Source: Promethearchaeota archaeon
GTDB lineage: Archaea; Asgardarchaeota; Lokiarchaeia; Sigyniarchaeales; SOKP01
NCBI GenBank assembly: GCA_016839555.1
Contig: JAEOUA010000005.1
Location: forward strand, 96,595-160,594
Reading direction: 5' to 3'
DNA length: 64,000 nt
Shown here: one piece after another, positions 42,743 to 52,537 of the stretch
Numbering within the stretch: position 1 is the stretch's first letter
Layout of the letters: each line of letters opens with the position of its first letter
Made by a program: the position numbers and the translations under genes
Notes under the pieces: model-generated
Seen by the model: the letters and a program-made list of their open reading frames with translations, nothing else
Database searches by the model: none
Told to the model about the DNA's origin: nothing

Positions 42743-43005
42743 ATTCAAAATTTTTTTATTTTATTAATATCTATTTTATTATCAAATGTGAATACCACTC
42801 TAGAATATTCAAGTTTAAAAATCAAAGCAGATTTAATCTCAAGATTTTATTTACCCTAATCAAATTTTATGAAAAAATTTACACGATTTCCAACTTAAAA
42901 AAAACTAAAGTTAACTTAATAAAAGTGTAAAACTAAATATAAATAATTTTTAATTCAAAATAAAAAATATAAAATAAACAAAAAATTAATGAGAAGTGAT
43001 AAATA

Positions 43006-44205
43006 ATGTGGTTTTTCTTTAGTTCCAATCTTGCATATGGTGAAGAGGCATTAAATTTTTTAGAGAATATTCCGGGGAAAAAGTGTTTTATTGTAACAGA
43101 TAAAGTACTTGAAGAATTGGGTATTGTTAAAATATTAACGGACAGGCTTGACAAATTGGGAAAGGAATATAAAATATTTACTGATGTAAAATCAGATCCT
43201 CATGAAGATGATATCATGAAGGGCAAAGAAGCATGTATAGCTTATAAACCAGATATTGTAATAGGCTTAGGTGGGGGATCTGCGATGGATTCAGCTAAAG
43301 CAATATACGCGATGTATGAATATCCCGAATATAAAATTGATGATTTCCATCCATTGAACCCAGATTTCTATGATTTGGGGAAGAAAGCTAAATTGATCTG
43401 TATTCCAACCACTGCGGGAACTGGTGCTGAAACAACATGGGCAATAGTGGTTTCTAGACTCCAAGATGGCGTTTGGATTAAATTGGAACAAGCTCATAAG
43501 GGAATTGTTCCACAATATGCGATTTTAGATCCTATTTTTACCTTAGAAATGCCTAAGAAATTAACCGCAGCAACCGGTTTTGATGCTTTAGCGCATTCTC
43601 TTGAAGGCATTACTTCTGGATGGAAAAATGAATTTAGTGATGCTCTCGCATTAAAAGCAGTAGAATTGATATTTAAATACTTACCAATAGCTTATGAAGA
43701 TGGAAGCAATTTTGAAGCAAGGGATATGATGCTTCAAGCGGCGGCAATCGCAGGTCAATCTTTTGGAAATTCACAAGCTCATATTGGTCATGCACTTGGT
43801 CATAGTCTTGCTGCTATATATCATACTCATCATGGTGAAGCTGTAGGTTTATTCCTCCCTTATGTGCTTCAATATAATATAAATGATCCAAATGAAGCCA
43901 ATAAAAGTGTTGATATCTTAGGAAAATTTGCTAAGCAATTAGGTTGGGCGAAATGGGATGATGATAATAAAAAAGTAGCTACAATCGTCATAGAAAAAGT
44001 GAAAGAATTGCAGAAAAAAGTTAACTTATCGACAACTATTAAAGATCTTGGTATTTCAATGGAGGATTTGGGTAACAACACTGAAAAAATAGTCGAACTA
44101 TGCTTACAAAGTGGTTGCACTACAATGAGCTCTCGCGTTCCTGGAGTGGATCATTTTACAAAATTATTACAATATGCATATGAAGGAATAAATGTAGATT
44201 TTTAA
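43006..44205 (+). CDS. Iron-containing alcohol dehydrogenase
   Basis: GGGSAMD, PTTAGTG, DALAHSLE, HIGHALGH, HHG; paralog of 29315-30514. Confidence 0.9.
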   Translation: MWFFFSSNLAYGEEALNFLENIPGKKCFIVTDKVLEELGIVKILTDRLDKLGKEYKIFTDVKSDPHEDDIMKGKEACIAYKPDIVIGLGGGSAMDSAKAIYAMYEYPEYKIDDFHPLNPDFYDLGKKAKLICIPTTAGTGAETTWAIVVSRLQDGVWIKLEQAHKGIVPQYAILDPIFTLEMPKKLTAATGFDALAHSLEGITSGWKNEFSDALALKAVELIFKYLPIAYEDGSNFEARDMMLQAAAIAGQSFGNSQAHIGHALGHSLAAIYHTHHGEAVGLFLPYVLQYNINDPNEANKSVDILGKFAKQLGWAKWDDDNKKVATIVIEKVKELQKKVNLSTTIKDLGISMEDLGNNTEKIVELCLQSGCTTMSSRVPGVDHFTKLLQYAYEGINVDF

Positions 44206-44295
44206 AAAATTACAATAAGGGATAAAAACAGCCAAAAATAAAGAAATCGATTTGATTAAATAATATCAAAATTTATTTTATTTTTTCTTTTTATT

Positions 44296-44577
44296 ATGAA
44301 AGTCTCTGTAAGATTTTATGCTTATCTTGTTGATTTAATTCAGAATAAGAATGATATTGAGATTCAACTCGAGGAGGGTTCGAATATAATGGATCTTTTA
44401 GAAGAAATATTTAAATTTTATGATATTAGGAATAAAATTATGGAAGATACTCATACTCTCAAAAATTGGGTTACAATTCTCATTAACGGTAGGGAATTAA
44501 AGTTTTTGTCTGGATTGAAAACAATACTAAAACAAAACGATAAAATATCAATATTTCCTCCCGTAGTTGGTGGTTAA
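44296..44577 (+). CDS. MoaD/ThiS/SAMP ubiquitin-like sulfur carrier
   Basis: Beta-grasp pattern ending FPPVVGG; lies in an AOR operon. Confidence 0.88.
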   Translation: MKVSVRFYAYLVDLIQNKNDIEIQLEEGSNIMDLLEEIFKFYDIRNKIMEDTHTLKNWVTILINGRELKFLSGLKTILKQNDKISIFPPVVGG

Positions 44578-44701
44578 AAGAAATAGAAGATTAAAGCTCT
44601 ACTCTTAAAATACTGTTTATTAATATTATTTTGTTAAAAAATTAGAAATTATTTAAAAAGAAAGAGAAAAATTTAATTTTTTGCTGCTTGTCTTATCTTT
44701 A

Positions 44702-45106
44702 TTAATCAAGCACTAAAATTTTGGGGAGCTTTAATAATAATCCTAAGTTTCGACCTGTTGTTCCCTTATTTGCTTGGAGCTTGCGTTTACCAAACCTATT
44801 TTTTTTAAATAGCATATGAAGCGTCGAATAAGTACCATTGGCAAAATACATTAGATCTTCGGGATCTGCAATAACCTCTAAATCGTATTCTTCAAGTCTT
44901 CCTCTATCGACCTTGATATTACCATTTTGGGCTACTAGATTTATCCATAATATAAAATCTTCTTCTACTTGTAGTCCTAAAATTACCCGAGCATTAAAAT
45001 CTTCAAATAATTTTTTATTTTTAGGATTTGACTTCTTATCTTCAAGTACTCCCTTTATTACTCCTTGAATTGTGACGAATAGGTTTTCTTGAGCTTCTTT
45101 ATCCAT
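44702..45106 (-). CDS. Divergent SCP2-like protein
   Basis: NGNIKVDRGRLEEYDLEVIADPEDL pattern of the SCP2 fold. Confidence 0.6.
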   Translation of the reverse strand: MDKEAQENLFVTIQGVIKGVLEDKKSNPKNKKLFEDFNARVILGLQVEEDFILWINLVAQNGNIKVDRGRLEEYDLEVIADPEDLMYFANGTYSTLHMLFKKNRFGKRKLQANKGTTGRNLGLLLKLPKILVLD

Positions 45107-45289
45107 TTTATGTTATCCTCCTTATTATTTTCTATCTTTGATATACAAAGTATAACTATTGTATAAGTTTATTGCTTATTTATTAAGTTTTATTAAAAAT
45201 TAAAAAAATTTTCAATCTGCAGGATTTACTCTAAATCATTAATTAAAATCAAATAAAAAAAGATAAAAATTAATATTTTTAAAAAATTA

Positions 45290-45661
45290 TTATTGTTTCC
45301 TCATGGAAGTTGTAATTGCTCTGGTTAATCTTATTACATCCATAACTTTTCCTTTTTCAACAGTAATTTCTTCTCTGCTAATTGCATGGGTAAAGTCTCC
45401 TTGACCTTCACAAATTTTAACAATCGATTGGGGATCTCCTGACATAACGATGTCTGGGTCATCAAGACGTCCTGTGTGTAGTGTTGCTGTTTGATTTGCA
45501 ACCTGTACATAAAAAGGTTCTGTATCCTCCAAATTAAACTGAAAGGACATTTTCCAGTCAATATCTTTACCAGCCACATTAGTCACAAATACTGCTCTTG
45601 CCTTAGGAGAACTATTAATTTTTTGAATTATCTCACTTAGCCTTTCTTGAGCAACTCCCAT
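45290..45661 (-). CDS. SCP2 sterol-binding domain protein
   Basis: SFQFNL..PFYVQV..GRLDDPDIVMSGD. Confidence 0.8.
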   Translation of the reverse strand: MGVAQERLSEIIQKINSSPKARAVFVTNVAGKDIDWKMSFQFNLEDTEPFYVQVANQTATLHTGRLDDPDIVMSGDPQSIVKICEGQGDFTHAISREEITVEKGKVMDVIRLTRAITTSMRKQ

Positions 45662-45663
45662 AA

Positions 45664-46167
45664 TTATTTCCCTCCCTCGTATTGTGGTTTATTTATCCAA
45701 CTCTCATATTCCTCTTCTGGTACAAAGAAAAAGTCAGTCATTTTTCCCTCTCGATCTTCTTTTCTTTTAAAAACTGCTTTTACTCTTTGTCCTTTTTTAA
45801 TTTTAGAAGGTACCAGATTTTCTGAGAAAATACCCTGCATTAGTGCGGTATCTGCATTATCTAACAAAATAAATGCAATCCCATAGGGAACTTGTTGAAT
45901 GAAATCTGAAGTAGTATACCAGACAATGGTTGAAACTCTAATAGTACCAGTATGGGGTAGTTCGACCCATTCCGTATCTGCATAACAATCAGAACAGGCG
46001 ATTCTCGGAGGCATCCATATTTTTCCACATTTTGTGCATTTTGTACCTTGAAGCTTTTTTTCATTCTTCAAATCTCTAAAGAATTTGCTTTGCCCACCCA
46101 TGGTATATTTATAATTAATATGAATCCTATCTCGAATTTCGTGAGCTAGAAAATCCTCTCCACTCAT
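45664..46167 (-). CDS. DUF35 Zn-ribbon/OB-fold protein
   Basis: KCTKCG..MPPRIACSDC; 4-bp overlap with the thiolase-fold gene. Confidence 0.88.
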   Translation of the reverse strand: MSGEDFLAHEIRDRIHINYKYTMGGQSKFFRDLKNEKKLQGTKCTKCGKIWMPPRIACSDCYADTEWVELPHTGTIRVSTIVWYTTSDFIQQVPYGIAFILLDNADTALMQGIFSENLVPSKIKKGQRVKAVFKRKEDREGKMTDFFFVPEEEYESWINKPQYEGGK

Positions 46168-47402
46168 GGTTCTTTTAATCCCTCCTCATTTGCCATTACA
46201 ATAATAGCAGCATAAGCTGCTCCAGGACCTCCAATAGAATGAGCTATTCCTCTGCCTTTTTCAATAGTGACTTGATGTTTTCCAGCATCCCCACGTAATT
46301 GAAGTGCCGCTTCTCCTGTTGACATTATACCAGTTGCGCCTACCGCATGTCCACATCCAATTAATCCACCACAAGGACAGCAAGGTAATTCTCCATCTAT
46401 CATTGGCCCTCCTTCTTCTATCCATCTTCCTCCTTCTCCAAAAGGTACAAATCCCAATTCTTCATATGAGATGACTTCTTGACCAGAAAATGCATCGTGC
46501 AATTCCGCTACATCTATCTGTTCCTTTATTTTATCATAGTTTAATCCTGCCATTTTATATGCAACCTTAGCGGCATTAATATTTGAATATAATCGCCCTA
46601 TACTCTCCCTATTTCCAATAAAACAATCTGTATTTGCTGCCCCAACACCTGTAATCCATATAGGATTTTCAACCCCAAGCTCTTTTACTTTTTCTTCATT
46701 TGCTAAAATTAAAGCTGCTGAAGCTTCAGAATATAAGCAACAATCTAACATTTTAAAAGGATAGCATATAATCCTCGAATTTAATACATCTTGTACAGTT
46801 ATTTTCATTGGTGATTGAGCTTTTGGATTAAGCATTGCATTTCCATGATTTTTAACACCGACTAATGCCATTTGCTCTTCTGTTGGATTACCAAATTCAT
46901 CATAATGGGCATTTACCATTGAGACATATGAACTTGCGGCCAGCATTCCCATGGGATACTCATATGTCATATCAGCGCTATATGCGATAGCATTCAAGAC
47001 CTCGGGTGTAGTGGTTCCTGTTTGTTCATCATAACAATCGTTACATTTTTCTACTCCTAAGCAAAGGCATAGATCTGACAATCCTGAAGCTACTTCTGCA
47101 AACGCCATTCGTACAGTATACCCACCAGTGGCTCCTCCACTGGCGATACGGGTTCCAGGCTTATCATTCATCCCAATGTAACTATTTGTAAAAATATCAG
47201 GCATGAATTGACGTTCAAAAAGTTCATTATAAATACCATAGACCGTAGATTGTAAATCCTCATGAGTGATATTAGCATCGTTCTTATTCGCATCTTCCAG
47301 AGCCAATTTTGTCGCATCATATGCAAGTTCAAAGTATGTTCTATCCATATACCTTGCTTTAAAAGGAGTTATTCCTACTCCAATTATTGCTACTTTAGGC
47401 AT
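46164..47402 (-). CDS. SCP2-type thiolase-fold protein lacking the canonical N-terminal Cys
   Basis: IASGGATGG, LDCC, ELHDAF, GGLIGCGHAVGATG. Confidence 0.85.
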   Translation of the reverse strand: MPKVAIIGVGITPFKARYMDRTYFELAYDATKLALEDANKNDANITHEDLQSTVYGIYNELFERQFMPDIFTNSYIGMNDKPGTRIASGGATGGYTVRMAFAEVASGLSDLCLCLGVEKCNDCYDEQTGTTTPEVLNAIAYSADMTYEYPMGMLAASSYVSMVNAHYDEFGNPTEEQMALVGVKNHGNAMLNPKAQSPMKITVQDVLNSRIICYPFKMLDCCLYSEASAALILANEEKVKELGVENPIWITGVGAANTDCFIGNRESIGRLYSNINAAKVAYKMAGLNYDKIKEQIDVAELHDAFSGQEVISYEELGFVPFGEGGRWIEEGGPMIDGELPCCPCGGLIGCGHAVGATGIMSTGEAALQLRGDAGKHQVTIEKGRGIAHSIGGPGAAYAAIIVMANEEGLKEP

Positions 47403-47639
47403 TTTGATTTTTCACATTTTTTCATTAAATATTTATGTATATTTTTTATTTATTCTTAAAAATATTTGATTTAGATTATATTTAATATTTATTTGGAAAC
47501 ATAAAAATTCTGGGAAGAAGAAATAGTCCAAAAATATTTGGTAAAAAAAAGCTTTTTTAATTTTAAAATAGTATTATATTTATAAAATAAGAATATTCCT
47601 AATATGAAAAGTGATGAATTAAAAAAAGTGATAAAGTAA

Positions 47640-48662
47640 ATGATTAAAACGAGAATTACAGAAAAATTTGGGATTAAATATCCTATCATTAGTGCTCCTA
47701 TGGGTCCGTTTTACACCACGAGATTAGCGGTTGCTACTTCTGAAGCAGGAGGGCTTGGGGTATTAAGCCATGTAACTTTAAGAGGCGTAAATTCTATTAA
47801 AGATTTTAAAGCCCAATTAGAATATGTAGTGGAACATACTGATAAACCGTTTGGATTTAACGTGCGGACGGCTCGTGTACAAGGAGATCATAAAATATTA
47901 CTGCGAAAAATTCCCGAATGGCGCAATAAAGATCCAAGATTAAAAGAGCAATTAATCTATGGATTAACCAGCGCTGGAAGTCCAAGAAAAGCTGGAGCAA
48001 TGTGGAAGCAAAAAGCACCCGATATGTATCATTTTCACGTTGGTCCTGCCTTATGGTTAGTTGATAAAATAGTAGAATCTAAGTGTGATGGGATTGTAGC
48101 TACGGGAATAGAAGGAGGAGGACACCAGAGTTATGAAAATATTTCAACCTTAGTATTAACACAACAAGTAGCGAGAAAATATCCTGAAAAATTATTGGTC
48201 TCATGTGGAGGTTACGCCAGTCCCGAAGGGATGGCAGCGGGTTTAGCTATGGGGGCTGATGCGGTGGCAATGGGAACCCGATTTATAGCATCGAAGCAAA
48301 GTGAATTTCATGAAAATTATAAAGCATTAATTCCACCTGCGACTGCTAGAGATACTATTTTAACCACAGGCGGATTTGGACCTATAAGATTATTGAAAAA
48401 TAAGTATGCTTTAGAACATGGAGAAGTAGTATCTAAAAGTGAGAAAATTCAGCAAGAACTAGGTTATAGCATGGATGGATTCCTTGAAGATCTTCATCAT
48501 TACGAAATTGTTTATACAGAGGGTGATGTAGAAGATGGAGCTATCCCTATAGGTCAAACTGCGGGTCTTATTGATGATATACTGGATGTTGATGATATTA
48601 TAACTAGTTTTACTAAGGAAGCAGAAAAAATTTTCAAGGACATCTGTTCTCATATTTCCTAA
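47640..48662 (+). CDS. FabK/nitronate monooxygenase-family FMN enzyme (possible enoyl-thioester reductase)
   Basis: YPIISAPM, SEAGGLG, GIEGGGH, GADAVAMGTRF. Confidence 0.85.
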   Translation: MIKTRITEKFGIKYPIISAPMGPFYTTRLAVATSEAGGLGVLSHVTLRGVNSIKDFKAQLEYVVEHTDKPFGFNVRTARVQGDHKILLRKIPEWRNKDPRLKEQLIYGLTSAGSPRKAGAMWKQKAPDMYHFHVGPALWLVDKIVESKCDGIVATGIEGGGHQSYENISTLVLTQQVARKYPEKLLVSCGGYASPEGMAAGLAMGADAVAMGTRFIASKQSEFHENYKALIPPATARDTILTTGGFGPIRLLKNKYALEHGEVVSKSEKIQQELGYSMDGFLEDLHHYEIVYTEGDVEDGAIPIGQTAGLIDDILDVDDIITSFTKEAEKIFKDICSHIS

Positions 48663-48765
48663 AAATACCATTCTAATAAACTATTACTTATTTTTTATTT
48701 ATTTTTCGAAATTCTTTTCTTTTATTTAAAATTGTTTAATATAATAATTTATCAAGAGCTTACAC

Positions 48766-49029
48766 ATGCCAGAAGCTTCTAAGAATTTGCAAAATAAGAT
48801 AAACGAATTATCTCAAATAATTTATAAGGCTGTGACTGATTTATCAAAATGTAAAGCCTGCGGGACTTGTATAACTTTTTGTCCATTAAATTTAAGAAAA
48901 TTCAATAAAGATGGAAAAGCAGTAACAATCAATACAACGCAGTCATGTGGGGGATGTACCGTGTGTGTTCACAGATGTCCAGAACACGCAATTAAATTAA
49001 TAAAATTTCCAAAAAAAGAAATAATTTGA
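48766..49029 (+). CDS. 2x[4Fe-4S] ferredoxin
   Basis: CKACGTCITFCP and CGGCTVCVHRCP. Confidence 0.9.
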   Translation: MPEASKNLQNKINELSQIIYKAVTDLSKCKACGTCITFCPLNLRKFNKDGKAVTINTTQSCGGCTVCVHRCPEHAIKLIKFPKKEII

Positions 49030-49187
49030 TTCTTTGGATTCTTATATTTTATCTGTGTATTAAATTACTCATAATAAGAGGAATAATTTTTTATAACTGT
49101 TAATCAAAATTAATTTGATTAAAACTTCATTTAGTTCAAGAGATATCAAAGAAAAAAAAGAAAAATTATATGAAAAAAACGACCCTT

Positions 49188-49304
49188 TTAGGGCCCAGAT
49201 TCCGTGCAGCCTGGTGTGCTTACTCCTGCTGTTGCCATCGAAAGTCCGTATGCTACCACCAATAATAAAGTTAAGGCCACAATTGCTTTTTTATTTATAT
49301 CCAT
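49188..49304 (-). CDS. 38-aa small protein resembling a signal peptide with a short tail
   Basis: GGAGTGA RBS, ATG at 49304, MDINKK + hydrophobic core + ATA + GVSTPGCTESGP, followed by a T-rich terminator-like tract. Confidence 0.6.
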   Translation of the reverse strand: MDINKKAIVALTLLLVVAYGLSMATAGVSTPGCTESGP

Positions 49305-49445
49305 ATAATAATCACTCCTTTTGGAAATATTATAAAGGAATGATCTGATATCTATAATGGGATATAAAAAGCACACAATTTTTCAAATATATAAATAGAA
49401 ATATACATTAATTATTACTTCTTTTGAAGGAGAATTTCTGATCTG

Positions 49446-50252
49446 CTATAATCTTGGGATCAAGTACCTGAACCTTTCATTATTAGGATCGTTAATTATC
49501 CAAGAATAGAAATAACTATGAAATTTTTTGGTATGCCATAAATTATCAATATTATAAACACCATCATAAAGCTCCTTAAGGAGGGTTATACCACAAGGTG
49601 TTTGTTGATGCGAGGGATAAAGGGTATTATTCTTTTTCTTTCTGCATAAGCTTTTTAATTTTAACAGTGTTTTTAAAATTCGTGGAATAAATTCTCTAGA
49701 TGGTAAGAATTGGTCGCCATAATACGCTACATCTCCTGTAAAAAGCTCATTTTTGCTCGATAATAAGCAGATTGAACCGGGAGAATGTCCAGGCGCATGG
49801 ATAACTTCGATTTTCTTGCCTCCTAAATCGAAAATATCCCCATCTTTTATTGGTTTTATATCTTTACACGGGGGAATCACCAAGTTTCTATTCCCATAAC
49901 GTTTTCCAAAAATATCTTTATGATAAGCTAAATTGTAAGGATATGAAACTATTTCCACCTCATTTTCGTGGATATAGACCTCCTCAAACTCCTCATTCCC
50001 TAATATATGATCCCAATGCGCGTGACTATTTATAACAAATAATTTTCTTCCCTCAATTAGTTCATCCACAATAGGTTTTAAAGGGGCGAGTCCACATCCC
50101 GTATCAATTAATAATGCGCTGTGATCTCCCAAAAGCAGATATAGATTTAAAGGATCATTTGTGTAAATAGGATGTACATAGGAAATATCCTCTTGAATAA
50201 CATATAACTCATCCGAAAGTTGGCCTATAGTAAAATGATTAGTATCTCCCAT
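49446..50252 (-). CDS. Metallo-beta-lactamase fold hydrolase
   Basis: LIDTG, SHAHWDHILG, PGHSPGS, FTGD, PSH. Confidence 0.9.
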   Translation of the reverse strand: MGDTNHFTIGQLSDELYVIQEDISYVHPIYTNDPLNLYLLLGDHSALLIDTGCGLAPLKPIVDELIEGRKLFVINSHAHWDHILGNEEFEEVYIHENEVEIVSYPYNLAYHKDIFGKRYGNRNLVIPPCKDIKPIKDGDIFDLGGKKIEVIHAPGHSPGSICLLSSKNELFTGDVAYYGDQFLPSREFIPRILKTLLKLKSLCRKKKNNTLYPSHQQTPCGITLLKELYDGVYNIDNLWHTKKFHSYFYSWIINDPNNERFRYLIPRL

Positions 50253-50407
50253 CTCTTCTTAGTTATTTTATGAAGCTTCTTACCTGTTTTTATTTATTAA
50301 TTTATAACTGTTTTAACAAAATAAAGTTATAGAATTTCACTTATGCTATATTAAAATTTATGAAAATAATAAAAAAAGAAGATGGAAAAAATAATTGAAA
50401 GGATTAT

Positions 50408-52201
50408 TTATTCTTCCTTTAATTCCCTTCGTTTTATTTTTCCAATCAGAGTTTTGGGTAATTCTTCAATGAATTGTATTTCACGTGGATATTTGTAAGG
50501 TGAGATGTTTTCCTTGCACCATTCCATCATTTCTTCTTCCATGATCTTTCCTTGATATTCCGGCTTGATGGAAATAAAGGCTTTTATGGTTTCTCCTACT
50601 CCATCAGGATGCGGGGCTCCTACGACGCCCACTTCATTCACGGCTGGATTTTGATAAATTAGGTTTTCTACCTCTGCGGGAAATACGCCGTGACCTTTAT
50701 ATTTTATCATATCACGCTTTCTATCCTTTATATGTAAGTAACCTTCAGAATCGATGCAGGAAATATCAGATGTATAGTACCAGATTCGACCTTTTTCATC
50801 CTTTCTTAATGCGCTTTCAGTAGCTTTTGGTTTATTATAATACCCCAGCATTATTTGAGGACCACAACAGCATAGCTCTCCTATATATTTTTCGCATTCT
50901 TCTGGGTCAGCTTCATCGCAATTAGCATGTGGGCAAATTGGTAGCATTTTTGTTCCTTCATCTAAATCCATAATTTTAATTAATGTATCAGGCATAGGTA
51001 AACCTGGAGAACCGATTTTATATCTATGAAATGGGCCCCCAGTTACAATAGGGGAAGTCTCACTTGCGCCATATCCCTCAATGATTAATGCATCCGTTAA
51101 GTCCTCAAATTTTCGCTTCACCTCAGGCGGGAGTGCTGATCCACCGCTTAAACACGCTGCTAAAGATTTAAACTTGCCTTTATATTTGCTTGAATCGGGA
51201 TCTTGGTTAATTTGATTATAAAGTGTAGGCACTGCAGGAATATATACAGCATCCTCATCCACCAATTTTTTCAAAATATCTGCTCGTTTTTCCGGAGGTG
51301 CTGGGAAACAAATAAGTTTATAACCACAATAAACCCCAAGATTCATGGCAGTGGATAATCCAAATACATGTCCAAATGGAATTAAACATCCAGACCCTCC
51401 AATCCCTCTTAATTCCTTGGTTTTTGGGACTTGAATATATATCCATGCTGTTCCTTGTTGAGCATTTGCATTCAAATTAAAATGCGATAATTTGACTCCT
51501 TTAGGAACTCCTGTTGTTCCACCAGTGTAAATAAGGGTTCCTACATCTTCCTTTGGATTTATTTTAACTTTTGGAACCTTAGGAGGTGTTCCATTTTCTA
51601 TGATCCCTTGAAACTTATGAAAATCTACATTTCCAACCTTTTCAGGCCATAATTTCTCCTTCACATGAGGGACTTTTCCTAATGCCTTGCCTAAAACCGC
51701 TTTAATTTTTGGAAGGTATTCACCCAACCCCGTTAATATCACATGCTCTAACTTTTCCATCTTACTTAAATCTTTTCCCTCCAGATATTCTTTATATAAT
51801 GCATCCATGATGATTAATACTTTGCTTTCTGAATCATTCACTTGGTACGCTATCTCCACGAATTTGTGAAGTGGAATAATAGGATTAACAATCGCGCCCA
51901 ATTTTACTGTTGCATAATATGCTATAATAAATTGTGGACAATTCGGAACATCAATTGCGATTTTATCACCTTTTTTTACCCCTATTTTTGATAATCCCGT
52001 CGCAAATTTATCCACTAAATCTTTAAGCTGTTCGTAGGTACAAGACCATCCTTCAAATGTGACGGCAGTCGATTGAGGAAATTCTGCTACAGTATTTTCA
52101 AACATTTCTCCTAGAGAAATCACATCATAATCTATCTTTTTTGGTACACCCTTTGGCCAGATCTTATCATCTAACCAAGGTGTTGGTATATCATTTGCCA
52201 T
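50408..52201 (-). CDS. Long-chain acyl-CoA synthetase (AMP-forming)
   Basis: YTGGTTGVPKG, GYGASE, DRKRDMI, GKIKRR. Confidence 0.92.
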   Translation of the reverse strand: MANDIPTPWLDDKIWPKGVPKKIDYDVISLGEMFENTVAEFPQSTAVTFEGWSCTYEQLKDLVDKFATGLSKIGVKKGDKIAIDVPNCPQFIIAYYATVKLGAIVNPIIPLHKFVEIAYQVNDSESKVLIIMDALYKEYLEGKDLSKMEKLEHVILTGLGEYLPKIKAVLGKALGKVPHVKEKLWPEKVGNVDFHKFQGIIENGTPPKVPKVKINPKEDVGTLIYTGGTTGVPKGVKLSHFNLNANAQQGTAWIYIQVPKTKELRGIGGSGCLIPFGHVFGLSTAMNLGVYCGYKLICFPAPPEKRADILKKLVDEDAVYIPAVPTLYNQINQDPDSSKYKGKFKSLAACLSGGSALPPEVKRKFEDLTDALIIEGYGASETSPIVTGGPFHRYKIGSPGLPMPDTLIKIMDLDEGTKMLPICPHANCDEADPEECEKYIGELCCCGPQIMLGYYNKPKATESALRKDEKGRIWYYTSDISCIDSEGYLHIKDRKRDMIKYKGHGVFPAEVENLIYQNPAVNEVGVVGAPHPDGVGETIKAFISIKPEYQGKIMEEEMMEWCKENISPYKYPREIQFIEELPKTLIGKIKRRELKEE

Positions 52202-52537
52202 TCTTTTTTCACTTTTTTAAAAATGTTTAAATTATATTTTGATACACTCTTAAATTTATTCAATATTTGATATTAACTTTATGAAATTCATACAAATTAA
52301 TAAGTCTTAAAATTATTATTAAAAAAATCTTAATGATTATGAGCTTACATATAATTAAAATTACTCAAATTATCTAAAATTTAAACATAATGTATGAAAT
52401 AATTCAATATAATTGAAATAGAAAAAAAAATTAAGATAAAATGAATTCAAGCATTTTTCAGTGGCAAGATAATAAATTATTTAAACTTTTGATATTTAGG
52501 ATCGATTAAGTAAAAAAGCAAAAACATATAAGGAAAT

